Source: Clostridiales bacterium (GTDB taxonomy: Bacteria; Bacillota; Clostridia; Caldicoprobacterales; UBA3941). From it: a DNA stretch of 64,000 nt. The stretch lies in NCBI GenBank assembly GCA_012735575.1, contig JAAYGY010000023.1:10374-74373 (forward strand), written 5' to 3'. The notes beneath the pieces were generated by a model. The model saw only the letters and a program-made list of their open reading frames with translations, ran no database searches and had not been told where the DNA came from. The position numbers were made by a program, and so were the translations under genes. The stretch's first letter is position 1; each line of letters opens with the position of its first letter. Positions 1-11,306 of the stretch are shown here, in pieces.

Positions 1-791
1 AACATTTTATATTCTTGTTTTTTTAGAGTTTGAGAGGGAGCCACTACTATACTATCCCCTGTATGAATACCGACAGGATCAATGTTTTCCATATCACATA
101 CTACTATACAATTGCCTTTTCTATCTCTAATTACTTCAAATTCGATCTCTTTCCATCCAGCTACAGATTTTTCTATCAATACCTGACCTACCCGACTTAA
201 ACGTATACCATCTTGGGTTATGGAAATAAGTTCCTGCTGATTATATGCTATACCACCACCAGTTCCTCCTAAAGTGTAAGCTGGTCGAACAACCACAGGA
301 TAGCCAATTTGGTCTGCAAAGGCTACAGCGGTTTTTATGTCATTAGCTATGGTACTTTGAACAACAGGTTGTCCAATCTGTTTCATGGTTTTATTAAAGG
401 CCTCTCGATCTTCCGCTTTTTTTATTGAATCTACAGATGTGCCCAAAAGCCTGACTCCTTGAGCATCTAAAAATCCACTTTCTGCTAGCTCCATAGCAAG
501 ATTTAAAGCGGTTTGTCCTCCCAAGGTTGCCAATAAACTATCGGGTTTTTCCTTGGCAATAACTTTTTTAACTACTGTGGGAGTTAAAGGTTCTATGTAA
601 ATATGATCCGCCATATTTGTATCGGTCATTATGGTAGCAGGATTACTATTTATCAGTACTACTTCAACACCCTCTTCTTTTAAGGCAGTACATGCTTGAG
701 TGCCAGCATAGTCAAATTCTGCTGCCTGTCCTATAACAATAGGTCCTGAACCAATAACCAGCACCTTTTTTATATCCTTATCTAAAGGCAT
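1..791 (-). CDS. carB: carbamoyl-phosphate synthase large subunit (5' part, runs off window start)
   Basis: Manual translation from ATG 791: [34 protein letters not shown]...[10 protein letters not shown]...TLGGQTALN, the canonical CarB N-terminus. RBS AAGGAG upstream. Confidence 0.97.
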   Translation of the reverse strand, partial: MPLDKDIKKVLVIGSGPIVIGQAAEFDYAGTQACTALKEEGVEVVLINSNPATIMTDTNMADHIYIEPLTPTVVKKVIAKEKPDSLLATLGGQTALNLAMELAESGFLDAQGVRLLGTSVDSIKKAEDREAFNKTMKQIGQPVVQSTIANDIKTAVAFADQIGYPVVVRPAYTLGGTGGGIAYNQQELISITQDGIRLSRVGQVLIEKSVAGWKEIEFEVIRDRKGNCIVVCDMENIDPVGIHTGDSIVVAPSQTLKKQEYKM

Positions 792-830
792 ATCATCTAC
801 TCCTTGTATTACTTTTCTTCAGTTTACTTT

Positions 831-1775
831 TTAGAAATAAGTTTTATTACTTATCAATGCTTTATGGATCTCATCTTTCATATTTATTACTTCTGCTCGT
901 GAAGCTAAGCCAAACTCTCGAGAATTAAATTGATTCTTCCAAGGCTTATTTTTATAAGCGCACATTATGCTTCTAGAAGCGTTTATAATAGAACCTAGTC
1001 CCCTATTATCAAATCCACCCATGATATCTTGAGCCCTTCCGCCCTGTGCGCCATATCCTGGAACTAAAAAATAAACATTAGGCATTAATTTTCTTAATTC
1101 AGATAATTGATGAGGATAAGTAGCTCCTATAACAGCACCTACGCTACTATATCCGTAATTGCCTATTAAATCTTGCCCCCAGTCATTTACCTTTTGAGCA
1201 ACCTTTTCATAAACTTTATATCCGTCCGTTGTTACTAGATCTTGGAACTCCCCCGAAGAAGGATTTGAGGTTTTTACAAGAACAAATATACCCTTATTGT
1301 TTCTTTTGCAGTTATCTATAAAGGGTTTTATTCCATCAGTACCTAGATAAGGATTGACAGTAATCATATCTACGGGAAAAGCTTGAGCATATTCTCTATA
1401 AAGAGGAGTATAACCTATATATGCATTTGAGTATGCTTCTGCAGTTGAACCAATATCATTTCTCTTTACATCTCCAATAACTATCAATCCTTTTGATTTG
1501 GCGTAATTAGCAGTCTCTATAAAGGTCTTTAATCCTGGTAGTCCATACATTTCATAATAAGCTACCTGAAGTTTCACAGCCGGTATGAGATCGTGAATAT
1601 TGTTTAGTATTTCTATGTTAAAATCCAGTATAGCCCGGGCTGCTGTTTCCAGACTGATATCTTGTTTAAAATATTTATCCAGTAGGTTTTGAGGCAAATA
1701 TTCCAATCTTGGATCCAGGCCGACAACTATTGGAGTTTCCTTTTCAATTATCTTACTGATTAATTTGTCGATCAA
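831..1775 (-). CDS. pyrF: orotidine-5'-phosphate decarboxylase (long type)
   Basis: VGLDP, AVKLQVAYYE, DVKRNDIGST and LVPGYGAQG motifs. TTG start. Confidence 0.95.
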   Translation of the reverse strand: MIDKLISKIIEKETPIVVGLDPRLEYLPQNLLDKYFKQDISLETAARAILDFNIEILNNIHDLIPAVKLQVAYYEMYGLPGLKTFIETANYAKSKGLIVIGDVKRNDIGSTAEAYSNAYIGYTPLYREYAQAFPVDMITVNPYLGTDGIKPFIDNCKRNNKGIFVLVKTSNPSSGEFQDLVTTDGYKVYEKVAQKVNDWGQDLIGNYGYSSVGAVIGATYPHQLSELRKLMPNVYFLVPGYGAQGGRAQDIMGGFDNRGLGSIINASRSIMCAYKNKPWKNQFNSREFGLASRAEVINMKDEIHKALISNKTYF

Positions 1776-3061
1776 ATTAAAACCTCCTTGTCATATACTA
1801 CTTTTCCATCTACAATGGTATATATTACCTTTCCCTTTACCTTTTTACCATGAAAAGGAGTATTTTTTCCTTTGGAATAAAAATTATCTCTGTTTACTAT
1901 ATACTCTCTCTTGGTATCAACTATGGTTATATCAGCTGGAAGGCCAAGGCCCAACTCACCACCGGGAATACCTAATATTTTAGCTGGAATGGTGCTTAGC
2001 TTTGCTACCAGTTCTTCTAATGATAGTATTCCTGTATCCACTAAATGGGTATATGATAGAGAGAAGGCTGTTTCAAAACCAGAAATTCCACTTGCTGCTA
2101 AGTTAAATTCTACGTCCTTTTCATCTCTATGATGGGGAGCGTGATCTGTTGCTATTATGTCTATGGTACCGTCTTTTAAACCTTCCTTAATGGCATCTAC
2201 ATCTCGTTGAGTTCTGAGGGGCGGATTTGCCTTTGCGTTGGTATTATAATTCTCTATCCACTCGTCAGTAGCCGAAAAATAATGAGGTGCAGTCTCGCAG
2301 GTTATGTGAACCCCTCTAGATTTTGCCCTGCGAATAATATCTACTGCTCCTTCTGTACTTACATGGGCTATATGAACTGGTACTCCTGTTATCTCAGATA
2401 AAATTACGTCTCTTGCCACCATTACGTCTTCAGCAGCTCGAGTAATGCCTTTTAATCCTAACATGGTTGAAACATACCCCTCGTTCATAACTCCTCCTGC
2501 TACTAGTGACTTATCTTCGCAATGGGAAATAAGCAATAATCCAAACTGCTTGGCATATTCCAAAGCTAGTCTCATAAGGTTAGCATCTGAAATAGGATCA
2601 CCATCATCGGATAAAGCCACCGCACCTGCCATTTTCATTTCACCCATCTCAGTTATGTGCTTACCTTTTCTACCCTGTGTAATAGCTCCTATGGGATATA
2701 CCCTTACCTTGCCCTCAGAAGCAGCCTTTAGTTTTATATATTGAATCATGGCGGCATTATCTATGGCAGGCTCAGTGTTTGGCATACAGGCAACACTAGT
2801 AAATCCTCCTGCTGCTGCACTTGCTGTACCCGAGATAATATTTTCTTTATATTCAAATCCAGGCTCTCTAAGATGACAGTGTGCATCTATCAGTCCAGGA
2901 ATAACCCACAGGCCAGTTGCATCAATTATCCTATGGGCTTTATTCGTTAAGTCAGTGCCAATGTCTATTATAGTATTATTTTTAATTAATATATCTTTTT
3001 CTAAAAAAACTCCGCCTTTCCCGTCAATTATGTTTCCATTACTGATACACAGTAGCATCAT
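1772..3061 (-). CDS. pyrC: dihydroorotase
   Basis: [26 protein letters not shown] and ATDHAPH motifs. Confidence 0.96.
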   Translation of the reverse strand: MMLLCISNGNIIDGKGGVFLEKDILIKNNTIIDIGTDLTNKAHRIIDATGLWVIPGLIDAHCHLREPGFEYKENIISGTASAAAGGFTSVACMPNTEPAIDNAAMIQYIKLKAASEGKVRVYPIGAITQGRKGKHITEMGEMKMAGAVALSDDGDPISDANLMRLALEYAKQFGLLLISHCEDKSLVAGGVMNEGYVSTMLGLKGITRAAEDVMVARDVILSEITGVPVHIAHVSTEGAVDIIRRAKSRGVHITCETAPHYFSATDEWIENYNTNAKANPPLRTQRDVDAIKEGLKDGTIDIIATDHAPHHRDEKDVEFNLAASGISGFETAFSLSYTHLVDTGILSLEELVAKLSTIPAKILGIPGGELGLGLPADITIVDTKREYIVNRDNFYSKGKNTPFHGKKVKGKVIYTIVDGKVVYDKEVLI

Positions 3062-3986
3062 ATTTCCTCCTTTGACGAGTTATGAGATAAAGCAGTGCCA
3101 TACGTATTGCTACGCCATTGGTCACCTGTTCCTGGATGTGAGAATGAATGCCATCTGCTATATCAGATGTAATTTCAATTCCTCTATTTATAGGGCCAGG
3201 ATGCATCAGCAATACATTTTCCTTAGCTAGTTTAAGTCTTTCCTTATTAAGGCCATAGATTTGAGAGTACTCTCGAAGAGAGGGCAATAACCCTTTTTGC
3301 TGGCGTTCTTTCTGTAATCTGAGCACCATTACCACATCTGCCTGATCCACTGCTTCCTCAACGCTATTGCATACTTTTGCTCCTGTTTTATCTAATTCTA
3401 TAGGTAACAATGTAGATGGTCCTGCAACTGCAACTTCAGCACCCATCTTACTCAATCCCCAAATATTGCTACGTGCTACACGGCTATGGTATATGTCGCC
3501 AATGATTGCCACTTTTAATCCCTTTATAGTACCCTTATTTTCCCTTATGGTAAACATATCCAGCAATCCTTGAGTGGGATGTTCGTTCATACCGTCTCCA
3601 GCATTTATAATAGATACATTTACGTGCTTGGCTACAATATGAGCAGCACCGGACATAGGATGACGAATTACAATAACATCTGCTCCCATCCTTTCAATAG
3701 TTTTGCATGTATCTATTAGGCTTTCACCTTTGGAAACACTACTTGAGGAAGCTGAAATATTAGCTGAACTAGCACTCATATATTTACTGGCCAACTCAAA
3801 GGATAGTCGAGTTCTGGTACTATTTTCATAGAAGAGATTAACTATGGACTTGCCTTGAAGATGAGGCGTTCTTTTATTATTTTGCTGTAATATATATTTC
3901 ATAGTTTCAGCAGTATTTAAGATTTCTACAATCTCCTGCTGATTCATGGTTCGAAGTCCTAAAACATCCTTTCTTTTTAAAGCCAT
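3039..3986 (-). CDS. pyrB: aspartate carbamoyltransferase catalytic subunit
   Basis: [23 protein letters not shown] and MHPGPINRG motifs. Start moved to ATG 3986 (MALKRK); ORF track starts at 4043. Confidence 0.96.
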   Translation of the reverse strand: MALKRKDVLGLRTMNQQEIVEILNTAETMKYILQQNNKRTPHLQGKSIVNLFYENSTRTRLSFELASKYMSASSANISASSSSVSKGESLIDTCKTIERMGADVIVIRHPMSGAAHIVAKHVNVSIINAGDGMNEHPTQGLLDMFTIRENKGTIKGLKVAIIGDIYHSRVARSNIWGLSKMGAEVAVAGPSTLLPIELDKTGAKVCNSVEEAVDQADVVMVLRLQKERQQKGLLPSLREYSQIYGLNKERLKLAKENVLLMHPGPINRGIEITSDIADGIHSHIQEQVTNGVAIRMALLYLITRQRRKYDATVYQ

Positions 3987-4056
3987 GTTTTCACCGCTTT
4001 CTTTGTGGGTATTTACAAAAAAGAGTAATAAGCTATTGCTCACTACTCTTTTGATA

Positions 4057-5283
4057 CTAAATATCTTCAGGTAAGACTTTATTTAAAATTACACCGATTA
4101 ACGCCGCTAGACTCATTCCCGATAGGGTAACTCCTGGGATTAGGGAAAATTCTACACCACTTAACCCCATTACCAACATCAATGAGATAATTATAAGGTT
4201 ACGGCTGTTAGTAAAATCAATTTTAGCATCAGCCAATGTCCTTAAACCTATACTTGCAATCATTCCAAATAGCAGTATACTAACTCCTCCCATTACCGGA
4301 GTAGGGATAGATTGTAAAAGAGCGCCTATTTTGCCACATAGACTTAAAATAATAGCAAATATAGCTGAAAGTCTTAATATAAATGGATTATATACCTTAG
4401 TAACGGCCAATACTCCTGTATTTTCACTATAGGTAGTATTTGCAGGACCACCTAAAAGTCCAGCAAAAGCAGTTGCTACACCATCTCCAATTAAAGTTCG
4501 ATGAAGGCCGGGATCCTGAAAGAAATCCTTGCCCACCACTGCACCATTGGTGGTTATATCTCCTATATGCTCCATGAAGGTAACAATAGCTATTGGTGCT
4601 ATAAGTGAAATAGCTGTAATGTCAAATTTAGGTAACTGAAAATCAGGTATTGCAAAAAAGGGGGCTTCTTTGATAAGTGAAAAGTCCACAAAACCGAAGA
4701 AAATTGACACGATATAACCAACTATAATTCCAAGTAATACAGGTACTAATCTAAAAAAACCTTTTACGAATATGGATACTATAACCATGGTTGCTACCAC
4801 TGCTAAAGCAATAATCCAACGTTGTCCAAGAGTACCTATATCAGCGGTTACAATATTTCCAGATATTACACCAGGACTAAGGGTTAAACCAATTATTGCA
4901 ATCATAGGTCCTGTAACCAGAGGTGGAAAGAAACTGCGAATTTTTTCAACACCAAATATCAACACTAAAATAGCCAACACTACATATAATAAGCCAGCCA
5001 CTATAATTCCTCCACCAGCATAAGCAATACCTTGATTTTGAACTACAGTTTGAATAGCAGCTATAAAAGCAAAACTAGATCCAAGAAATGCAGGAACTTT
5101 TCTTTTTGTGATAAAGTGGAAAATTAAAGTACCAACTCCGGCTGTAAATAGGGCCACTGCTGGATCTAAACCTGTTAACGCAGGTACTAGTACTGTGGCT
5201 CCAAACATGGCAAAAACATGTTGGATAGCTAAAAGAATTGTTTTCCAAGGGTTGAGTTTTGTGTCTTGAATACTTTGTTGCAT
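4057..5283 (-). CDS. uraA: uracil permease (NCS2 family)
   Basis: [14 protein letters not shown] and the NCS2 signature TTYSENTGV. About 12 hydrophobic segments; sits in the pyr operon. Confidence 0.93.
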   Translation of the reverse strand: MQQSIQDTKLNPWKTILLAIQHVFAMFGATVLVPALTGLDPAVALFTAGVGTLIFHFITKRKVPAFLGSSFAFIAAIQTVVQNQGIAYAGGGIIVAGLLYVVLAILVLIFGVEKIRSFFPPLVTGPMIAIIGLTLSPGVISGNIVTADIGTLGQRWIIALAVVATMVIVSIFVKGFFRLVPVLLGIIVGYIVSIFFGFVDFSLIKEAPFFAIPDFQLPKFDITAISLIAPIAIVTFMEHIGDITTNGAVVGKDFFQDPGLHRTLIGDGVATAFAGLLGGPANTTYSENTGVLAVTKVYNPFILRLSAIFAIILSLCGKIGALLQSIPTPVMGGVSILLFGMIASIGLRTLADAKIDFTNSRNLIIISLMLVMGLSGVEFSLIPGVTLSGMSLAALIGVILNKVLPEDI

Positions 5284-5332
5284 TATAAATCCTCCTTCGT
5301 AAATTTATCATGATTTTTTACAATATATAGGC

Positions 5333-5367
5333 AAAAAAAATGCCTTGATTTTAAAGCTATCAAGGCA
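5333..5367 (-). terminator. attenuator terminator between pyrR and uraA
   Basis: Minus strand TGCCTTGAT-agctttaaa-ATCAAGGCA followed by T8. Confidence 0.85.
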
Positions 5368-5394
5368 CAATACAACAAAATCTTGCTGTATTAT

Positions 5395-6022
<628 letters not shown>

Positions 6023-6071
6023 TTAAAGAGTACATATTATCTCATTTTATTATATATTTCCATATCTTTAA

Positions 6072-6102
6072 CCTTGCCAGACTCACGGGACCAGCTTAAA
6101 GG
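6072..6102 (-). promoter_or_regulatory. PyrR-binding loop 1
   Basis: Minus strand CCTTTAAGCTGGTCCCGTGAGTCTGGCAAGG is a PyrR loop variant with GAGUCU in place of GAGGCU. Confidence 0.85.
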
Positions 6103-6119
6103 TTTTTTTATTTTTAATG

Positions 6120-6148
6120 ATTATATCATATTCTTTATTCACTGTCTA
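6120..6148 (-). promoter_or_regulatory. SigA-type promoter of the pyr operon
   Basis: TAGACA-N17-TATAAT with TGn extended -10. Confidence 0.75.
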
Positions 6149-6152
6149 TACT

Positions 6153-7088
6153 CTATTTAGTATTTTTTGATATACTTCGAAGCTTGGTTAACAATTCAAT
6201 AAAATATGGGGGAAGAGGTGCTCTAAACTCCATAAATTCTCCTGTAGTAGGGTGAACCAAACCTAGCATTATAGCATGGAGTGCTTGACCTTTTAAGTTA
6301 AACTTTTGCTTCTTGGAACCATACATTAGATCACCAACTATTGGGTGTTGAATATAGGACATGTGTACCCGAATCTGATGAGTTCTACCTGTCTCCAATC
6401 TAGCTTCCACTAACGTATATTCCCCAAATCTTTCCAAAACACGAAAATGAGTAACCGCATTCCTACTTCCCGGTCCTGGTATAACAGCCATTTTCTTGCG
6501 ATGTACGGGATGCCGCTTTATAGGTTCATCGATAGTGCCCTCATTTTCTATTATATTGTTTTCTACAATAGCCCAATAGACCCTAAGAAGGCTCCTTTCG
6601 GCAATTTGACGAGCCAGATGATGGTGCGCATGATCATTTTTTGCTATAACCAATAACCCTGAAGTATCTTTGTCTAATCGATGAACTATTCCAGGGCGTA
6701 TCTTTCCATTAATGCCAGAAAGATGTTCACAGTGATACAAGAGTGCATTTACCAGTGTACCTGAATAGTTTCCAGGTGCAGGATGAACTACCATCCCCTG
6801 AGGTTTATTGATGACTGCAATATCATCATCCTGGTATATTATATCCAGTTCTATATTTTCTGGTTCTAAAGATATTTTTGTAGGTGGCGGGATTGAAACT
6901 TCAATCTTTTGTCCTGCTTTAAGTCTATAGTTAGACTTTATTTTCAAGCCATCTACCTCTACCAGTCCGTTTTTTATTATCTCTTGCAAAAAAGAGCGTG
7001 ATAGGTCTGGTAATTTATTTGCCAAGAACTTATCAATACGTTGTCCATTGTAGGATTGATTTACTTGAAAAAAATGTTTCTTATCCAT
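6153..7088 (-). CDS. rluD: RluA/RluD family pseudouridine synthase
   Basis: N-terminal S4 domain (RIDKFL), VHRLDKDTSG and TGRTHQIRVH motifs. Probable start ATG 7088; track starts at 7100. Confidence 0.92.
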   Translation of the reverse strand: MDKKHFFQVNQSYNGQRIDKFLANKLPDLSRSFLQEIIKNGLVEVDGLKIKSNYRLKAGQKIEVSIPPPTKISLEPENIELDIIYQDDDIAVINKPQGMVVHPAPGNYSGTLVNALLYHCEHLSGINGKIRPGIVHRLDKDTSGLLVIAKNDHAHHHLARQIAERSLLRVYWAIVENNIIENEGTIDEPIKRHPVHRKKMAVIPGPGSRNAVTHFRVLERFGEYTLVEARLETGRTHQIRVHMSYIQHPIVGDLMYGSKKQKFNLKGQALHAIMLGLVHPTTGEFMEFRAPLPPYFIELLTKLRSISKNTK

Positions 7089-7100
7089 TGATTTACCCAC

Positions 7101-7562
7101 TTATACAACTTCCTTTTCTACCTTATCCGCTACAAAAAGAATGTAATAAGCCAAGAGTATTGTTCCCGTTACTACAAAGCAGTCGGCTACATTGAAAACT
7201 GGAAAATCAATCAAAGTGAAATGTAGCATATCAACCACATATCCAAACCTAATCCTATCAATCAAATTACCTATGGCCCCTCCTAGTATCATAGAAAGGC
7301 TTATCCTTAAAACTATGCTAGTGTTTGACTGAGTTATAAGGAAATAAATCATTAGTACACATATAATTGTAGTTGTTATAATAAAAAACCATCTATGGTT
7401 TTGGAGAATTCCAAAAGCAGCTCCCCTATTTTCCACATATGTAAGGTTAAAAATGCCTCGGACTATCTCTATACTGCCTATATCCTTCAAGCGGATTACT
7501 GCTAGATATTTAGTAAGCTGATCTATAAGTATTATAGATAGTATTATTAGTACTTCGATCAT
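7101..7562 (-). CDS. lspA: lipoprotein signal peptidase II
   Basis: DQLTK, NRGAAFG, GAIGNLIDR and FNVAD motifs. Confidence 0.96.
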   Translation of the reverse strand: MIEVLIILSIILIDQLTKYLAVIRLKDIGSIEIVRGIFNLTYVENRGAAFGILQNHRWFFIITTTIICVLMIYFLITQSNTSIVLRISLSMILGGAIGNLIDRIRFGYVVDMLHFTLIDFPVFNVADCFVVTGTILLAYYILFVADKVEKEVV

Positions 7563-7619
7563 TGGTATCCCCCTATTGTAATATTTTCTATCCCATTATA
7601 GCATATAGACATTGGACTT

Positions 7620-7652
7620 AAAAGAAGGAGCTGGGAAATCATCCAGCTCCTT
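7620..7652 (-). terminator. intrinsic terminator after the yteA-family gene
   Basis: 10-bp stem AAGGAGCTGG/CCAGCTCCTT with T-tract on the minus strand. Confidence 0.8.
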
Positions 7653-7660
7653 ATAATTTT

Positions 7661-8344
7661 CTATTTATTTTTATTATCTTTTTCTGTATCCTCCCCTGGG
7701 ATTTGTTCATTATAGTCCTGATTATCTATTGTTTCAACTCTCTCGGTAAATCCAATATTTTCTTGACTATCATAATAAGCATTTCCGTAATTTATAAACC
7801 GATTAGTACTTATGTCCTGAGGACCACTTGAGCTTCCATATTGTTGAACATCCTGCCAGGCATCTTCTCCATCATAGACAACATTATCGCTGTCATCCAT
7901 AAATGTTCTACCAAAGGGGTAAGAAAGAACATCTTCTTCTACGGGACGGTCCTTGTCCCAGTTATGTGGAGCAACTTCATGGTTTTTCTGGCAGTTTATA
8001 CATAGCTTGGCAATTGGCTGTGCATCTAATCTATCAAAACCAATATTATGGCCGCAATAATCACATATTCCATAACTACCATCTTCTATCTTTTTTAAAG
8101 ATTCTTGTATATCAGCTAAGTGTTTAGAGCTATGCTTTTCTAAAGAGTAACTTTTTTCCTGTTCAAAAACCTCACTAGCGGTGTCGGCAGGATGATTATC
8201 ATAGGAGGATAATTCACCAAGATCTTCCTTTAAATTAGAATCTTCAATAAAATTCTTATTTGATTTTAAAACTTCTTGTGTGGCTTTCATTTCCGATAGA
8301 AGTTTTTCCTTAAAATAATTTAATTCATAGTTTTTCATTCTCAT
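7661..8344 (-). CDS. TraR/DksA C4 zinc-finger protein, YteA-family sporulation regulator
   Basis: ELSSYDNHPAD and YGICDYCG...RL...P...LCINC (C4 Zn finger), with an acidic C-terminal extension. Occupies the ylyA position upstream of lspA. Confidence 0.85.
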   Translation of the reverse strand: MRMKNYELNYFKEKLLSEMKATQEVLKSNKNFIEDSNLKEDLGELSSYDNHPADTASEVFEQEKSYSLEKHSSKHLADIQESLKKIEDGSYGICDYCGHNIGFDRLDAQPIAKLCINCQKNHEVAPHNWDKDRPVEEDVLSYPFGRTFMDDSDNVVYDGEDAWQDVQQYGSSSGPQDISTNRFINYGNAYYDSQENIGFTERVETIDNQDYNEQIPGEDTEKDNKNK

Positions 8345-8490
8345 TTGGAATACTCCTTTATAATATACTCAATTGTATACATTATATGAGTATTCCCTAT
8401 TCTTGAAATAATAATTAATAAATTAGGGCAATTTAAAAGTTAATGCGTTACAATAATAATGACTATTCCACATTAATGATCATTATTGAT

Positions 8491-8976
8491 TTAGCCTTTG
8501 GGCAAACTTTCATTATCTATATCTTCATATGTAGGAATTTCCTGTTGAAGGATTTCTAGCTGTGTTTCCAACAAATTTTTAAAACGGGACCTAAAGACTT
8601 GCATTTGCTTTCTGTATTCATCAAATTCTTTTTTAATTTCTAATACTTTAGTATGAGCGTTATCTATTATTTCGCGAGCTTTCCCTTCTGCTTCTTTAAT
8701 AATTAATTCAGATTTTTTTTGAGCAGATTCTGTCAACTCATCAGCGGTCTTTTGAGCGGTCACCAAAGTTTCTTTCAAAGTGTTTTCCATAGTTTTATAA
8801 TTATTTATTTGATCAACTACCATTGATAGGCGATCTTTTAAATCGATATTTTCTTTATACAATCTCTCAAACTCTTCTACTATTTCATCCAAGAACTGGT
8901 CTACTTCGTCTTCATCATAACCTCTAAAAGATCTTGTAAATTCCTTATTATGTATATCCATGGGAGTTAATGCCAT
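8491..8976 (-). CDS. divIVA: DivIVA cell-division protein
   Basis: LTPMDIHNKEF.RSFRGYDEDEVDQFLD followed by a coiled coil. Confidence 0.95.
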   Translation of the reverse strand: MALTPMDIHNKEFTRSFRGYDEDEVDQFLDEIVEEFERLYKENIDLKDRLSMVVDQINNYKTMENTLKETLVTAQKTADELTESAQKKSELIIKEAEGKAREIIDNAHTKVLEIKKEFDEYRKQMQVFRSRFKNLLETQLEILQQEIPTYEDIDNESLPKG

Positions 8977-9005
8977 GTTAATTCCTCCTCTAAATCAATT
9001 AATTT

Positions 9006-9764
9006 TCATGTAAACCTATAGATAATAACAGCTATTCTATTTTTTTTAGTAAAGCCTGTTATTTCGGATATTTTAATCCTACCAGATCCCCTTAATGTAA
9101 TTATGTCTCCCTCTTTTATTTGAAAGTCAGGCTTGGTGATTTGCTCCCAATTGACAAATAATCTACCCTCTCGAATAAGGGGGAGTATTTTATTTCTGGA
9201 GTATCCAAATCCAGTACTAGCCAAACAATCAAGTCGCATAGAAGAAACTGTGGTATGTATACTTTTGTATTTTGGTTCAGGCAAATCCAAATTGGCTAAA
9301 TCTATTTTAGATAGTTTTACTTTTGCTCTACCTATTGTTGCTAGATTTGCTAGAACAAAATTAGATATATCTTTCATCATTATTACATAAGCGATATTTT
9401 TCTTTACAATGATATCACCTATTGTATGTCGCTCTATACCCAGCCCCAAGACAGATCCAAGTATATCTCTATGACCTAAATTAAAGAATTTGTCATTCCA
9501 TTCAACGGATAAACAAGAATAAGGGAATAAGTTATCATCAAACTCCATCCAATGTGGATATATAGCAAAAATTTTACGCTCCGCTGTTGGATATCCACCT
9601 GATTTTTTATAATTTATTTCTATAGATTTTTCTAGATATCTTTCAACATAAACTTGAGTAGCAGGATCCAAAAACCACGTTGTATTCCAGTTTTGATTAC
9701 GAATAACCCATCTAACTAGATCTTCCACTTTTGCTATTGTCAGTTTAACATCTTGGCTTTCCAT
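9006..9764 (-). CDS. ylmH: YlmH/Sll1252 S4-domain RNA-binding protein
   Basis: FLDP, GGY..AER, HRDILGSVLGLGI.R and VSSMRLD motifs, C-terminal S4 domain; context. Confidence 0.9.
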   Translation of the reverse strand: MESQDVKLTIAKVEDLVRWVIRNQNWNTTWFLDPATQVYVERYLEKSIEINYKKSGGYPTAERKIFAIYPHWMEFDDNLFPYSCLSVEWNDKFFNLGHRDILGSVLGLGIERHTIGDIIVKKNIAYVIMMKDISNFVLANLATIGRAKVKLSKIDLANLDLPEPKYKSIHTTVSSMRLDCLASTGFGYSRNKILPLIREGRLFVNWEQITKPDFQIKEGDIITLRGSGRIKISEITGFTKKNRIAVIIYRFT

Positions 9765-9767
9765 TAG

Positions 9768-10049
9768 CTATAGCAGTCCCCTTAGTATAGATGCTATTAT
9801 AGATAAAGTAATATATGCAAATAGAGGAGAAAAGTCAATGGGTATACCGGATGTGTTCAATCTTCTAGTAAGAGTACGGAAAGGTGCTACTATGGGCTCA
9901 ATAAAACGGCCTAAAAAGACCCTGACAGGATGCATTGGTTCCAGCACCCAAGAAAGTAAGGAATTTATTATAATCGCCCATGATAATATATTTATGAACC
10001 AAATAAGGCTAACTATAAGTTGTCTTAACAATAGACTGTGTCCAAACAA
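9768..10049 (-). CDS. ylmG: YggT/YlmG family membrane protein
   Basis: LLSWV...EPIVAPFR...IDFSPLF pattern; context. Confidence 0.88.
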   Translation of the reverse strand: MFGHSLLLRQLIVSLIWFINILSWAIIINSLLSWVLEPMHPVRVFLGRFIEPIVAPFRTLTRRLNTSGIPIDFSPLFAYITLSIIASILRGLL

Positions 10050-10060
10050 ATTGTTACCTC

Positions 10061-10534
10061 CTACTCCTCATCACTTTTTCTACTTGATAGAGTAAAAAAA
10101 CTCTTTCCTTTTAATTCTTCCGGTATATTTCCCACTATATCGATATTACTTGGTGCTATGACAAAGATACCCCTTGAAACTTTCTGTATTGTCCCGTCCA
10201 ATGAATAAACAGCACCACTAATAAAGTCCAGAACTCTTTGAGCCAGGTCTGCATCCAGTGCATCTAAGTTTACAACTATAGGTTTTCGATTCTTTAGGTT
10301 ATCAATGATATCTTGAGTATCATCGAAGGAAAGAGGCTGATAAACCACGACTTTTACATAGGATGTTGTATGTATATTGACTACCTTTCCCTTTTTCCCC
10401 TTCGATTGAAATTGAGGTTCTATGAGATCATCATGGCTTCTAACAGAGGTATCTTCAATATCTGGTTCTTCAATATCCTCAAGAATTGTTTCTTCCAGGC
10501 CTATAATGTTTAAAATCTTATTAAAAAGCGACAT
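10061..10534 (-). CDS. sepF: cell division protein SepF
   Basis: VVNL...AQRVLDFISGAVYSLDG...FVIAP. Confidence 0.94.
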   Translation of the reverse strand: MSLFNKILNIIGLEETILEDIEEPDIEDTSVRSHDDLIEPQFQSKGKKGKVVNIHTTSYVKVVVYQPLSFDDTQDIIDNLKNRKPIVVNLDALDADLAQRVLDFISGAVYSLDGTIQKVSRGIFVIAPSNIDIVGNIPEELKGKSFFTLSSRKSDEE

Positions 10535-10571
10535 AATTCATCCTCCTCTTTTTACTTACAATTATCATAAT

Positions 10572-11255
10572 TTATTTATCCTTAAAAATTCCTCTACCTA
10601 TTCTGACCATATTAGAACCTTCCTCAATAGCAATCTCAAAATCACTGGTCATTCCCATAGATAGATACTGCATATCAATATGGTCTAGCTCTTTAGCTTT
10701 TAGCTCTTCAAATAAATCTCTAAAACGCTTAAAGCATTCTCTTATAGCAACAGTATCATTGGTGTGAGGTCCAATTGTCATTAGACCTTTAACTTGAATA
10801 TTGGGGTAGTTTACAAGTTCCTCTACAAAAGTAAACAAATCTTCTTCATAGATACCCGATTTCGTAGTCTCTCGCGACATATTTACCTGTATTAGTACCT
10901 GTATTTTATTCCCAATTGCTCCTGCTCTTTTATTTAACTCTCGAGCTAGAGAGATTCTGTCTAAAGAATGGACAAGGTCCACCTTATCTATAATATATTT
11001 AACCTTGTTAGTTTGTAAAGGCCCAATCAAATGCCAACTAATTTTTTTTCCGATATTATGATATTTTTTTACTAACTCTTGTACTCTATTTTCTCCAATT
11101 ATAGTTATACCTGCATCTATAGCTTCTAATACTTTTGTTGTAGGAATATTTTTACTAACCGCTACAATTGATATCTCATTAGGATCTCTATTTGCTGTTA
11201 ATGCTGCTTTTTTTATTCTGTTTCTTACTTGTTCAATGTTTTCTTTGACACACAT
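10572..11255 (-). CDS. yggS: PLP homeostasis protein YggS/YlmE
   Basis: VAVSK, GENRVQE, WHLIGPLQTNK and SMGMTSDF...GS.MVRIG motifs. Confidence 0.95.
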   Translation of the reverse strand: MCVKENIEQVRNRIKKAALTANRDPNEISIVAVSKNIPTTKVLEAIDAGITIIGENRVQELVKKYHNIGKKISWHLIGPLQTNKVKYIIDKVDLVHSLDRISLARELNKRAGAIGNKIQVLIQVNMSRETTKSGIYEEDLFTFVEELVNYPNIQVKGLMTIGPHTNDTVAIRECFKRFRDLFEELKAKELDHIDMQYLSMGMTSDFEIAIEEGSNMVRIGRGIFKDK

Positions 11256-11306
11256 TTATATACATCACTCCAAATACCTAAGAAGACTTATGATATTTAC
11301 AAGGAT

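Noticed and set aside
8400-8490. T-box/ileS expected after divIVA, and the 12-bp palindrome TAATGATCATTA (8474-8485)
   Set aside because: No T-box motif and too little space. The palindrome matches no operator I can name.
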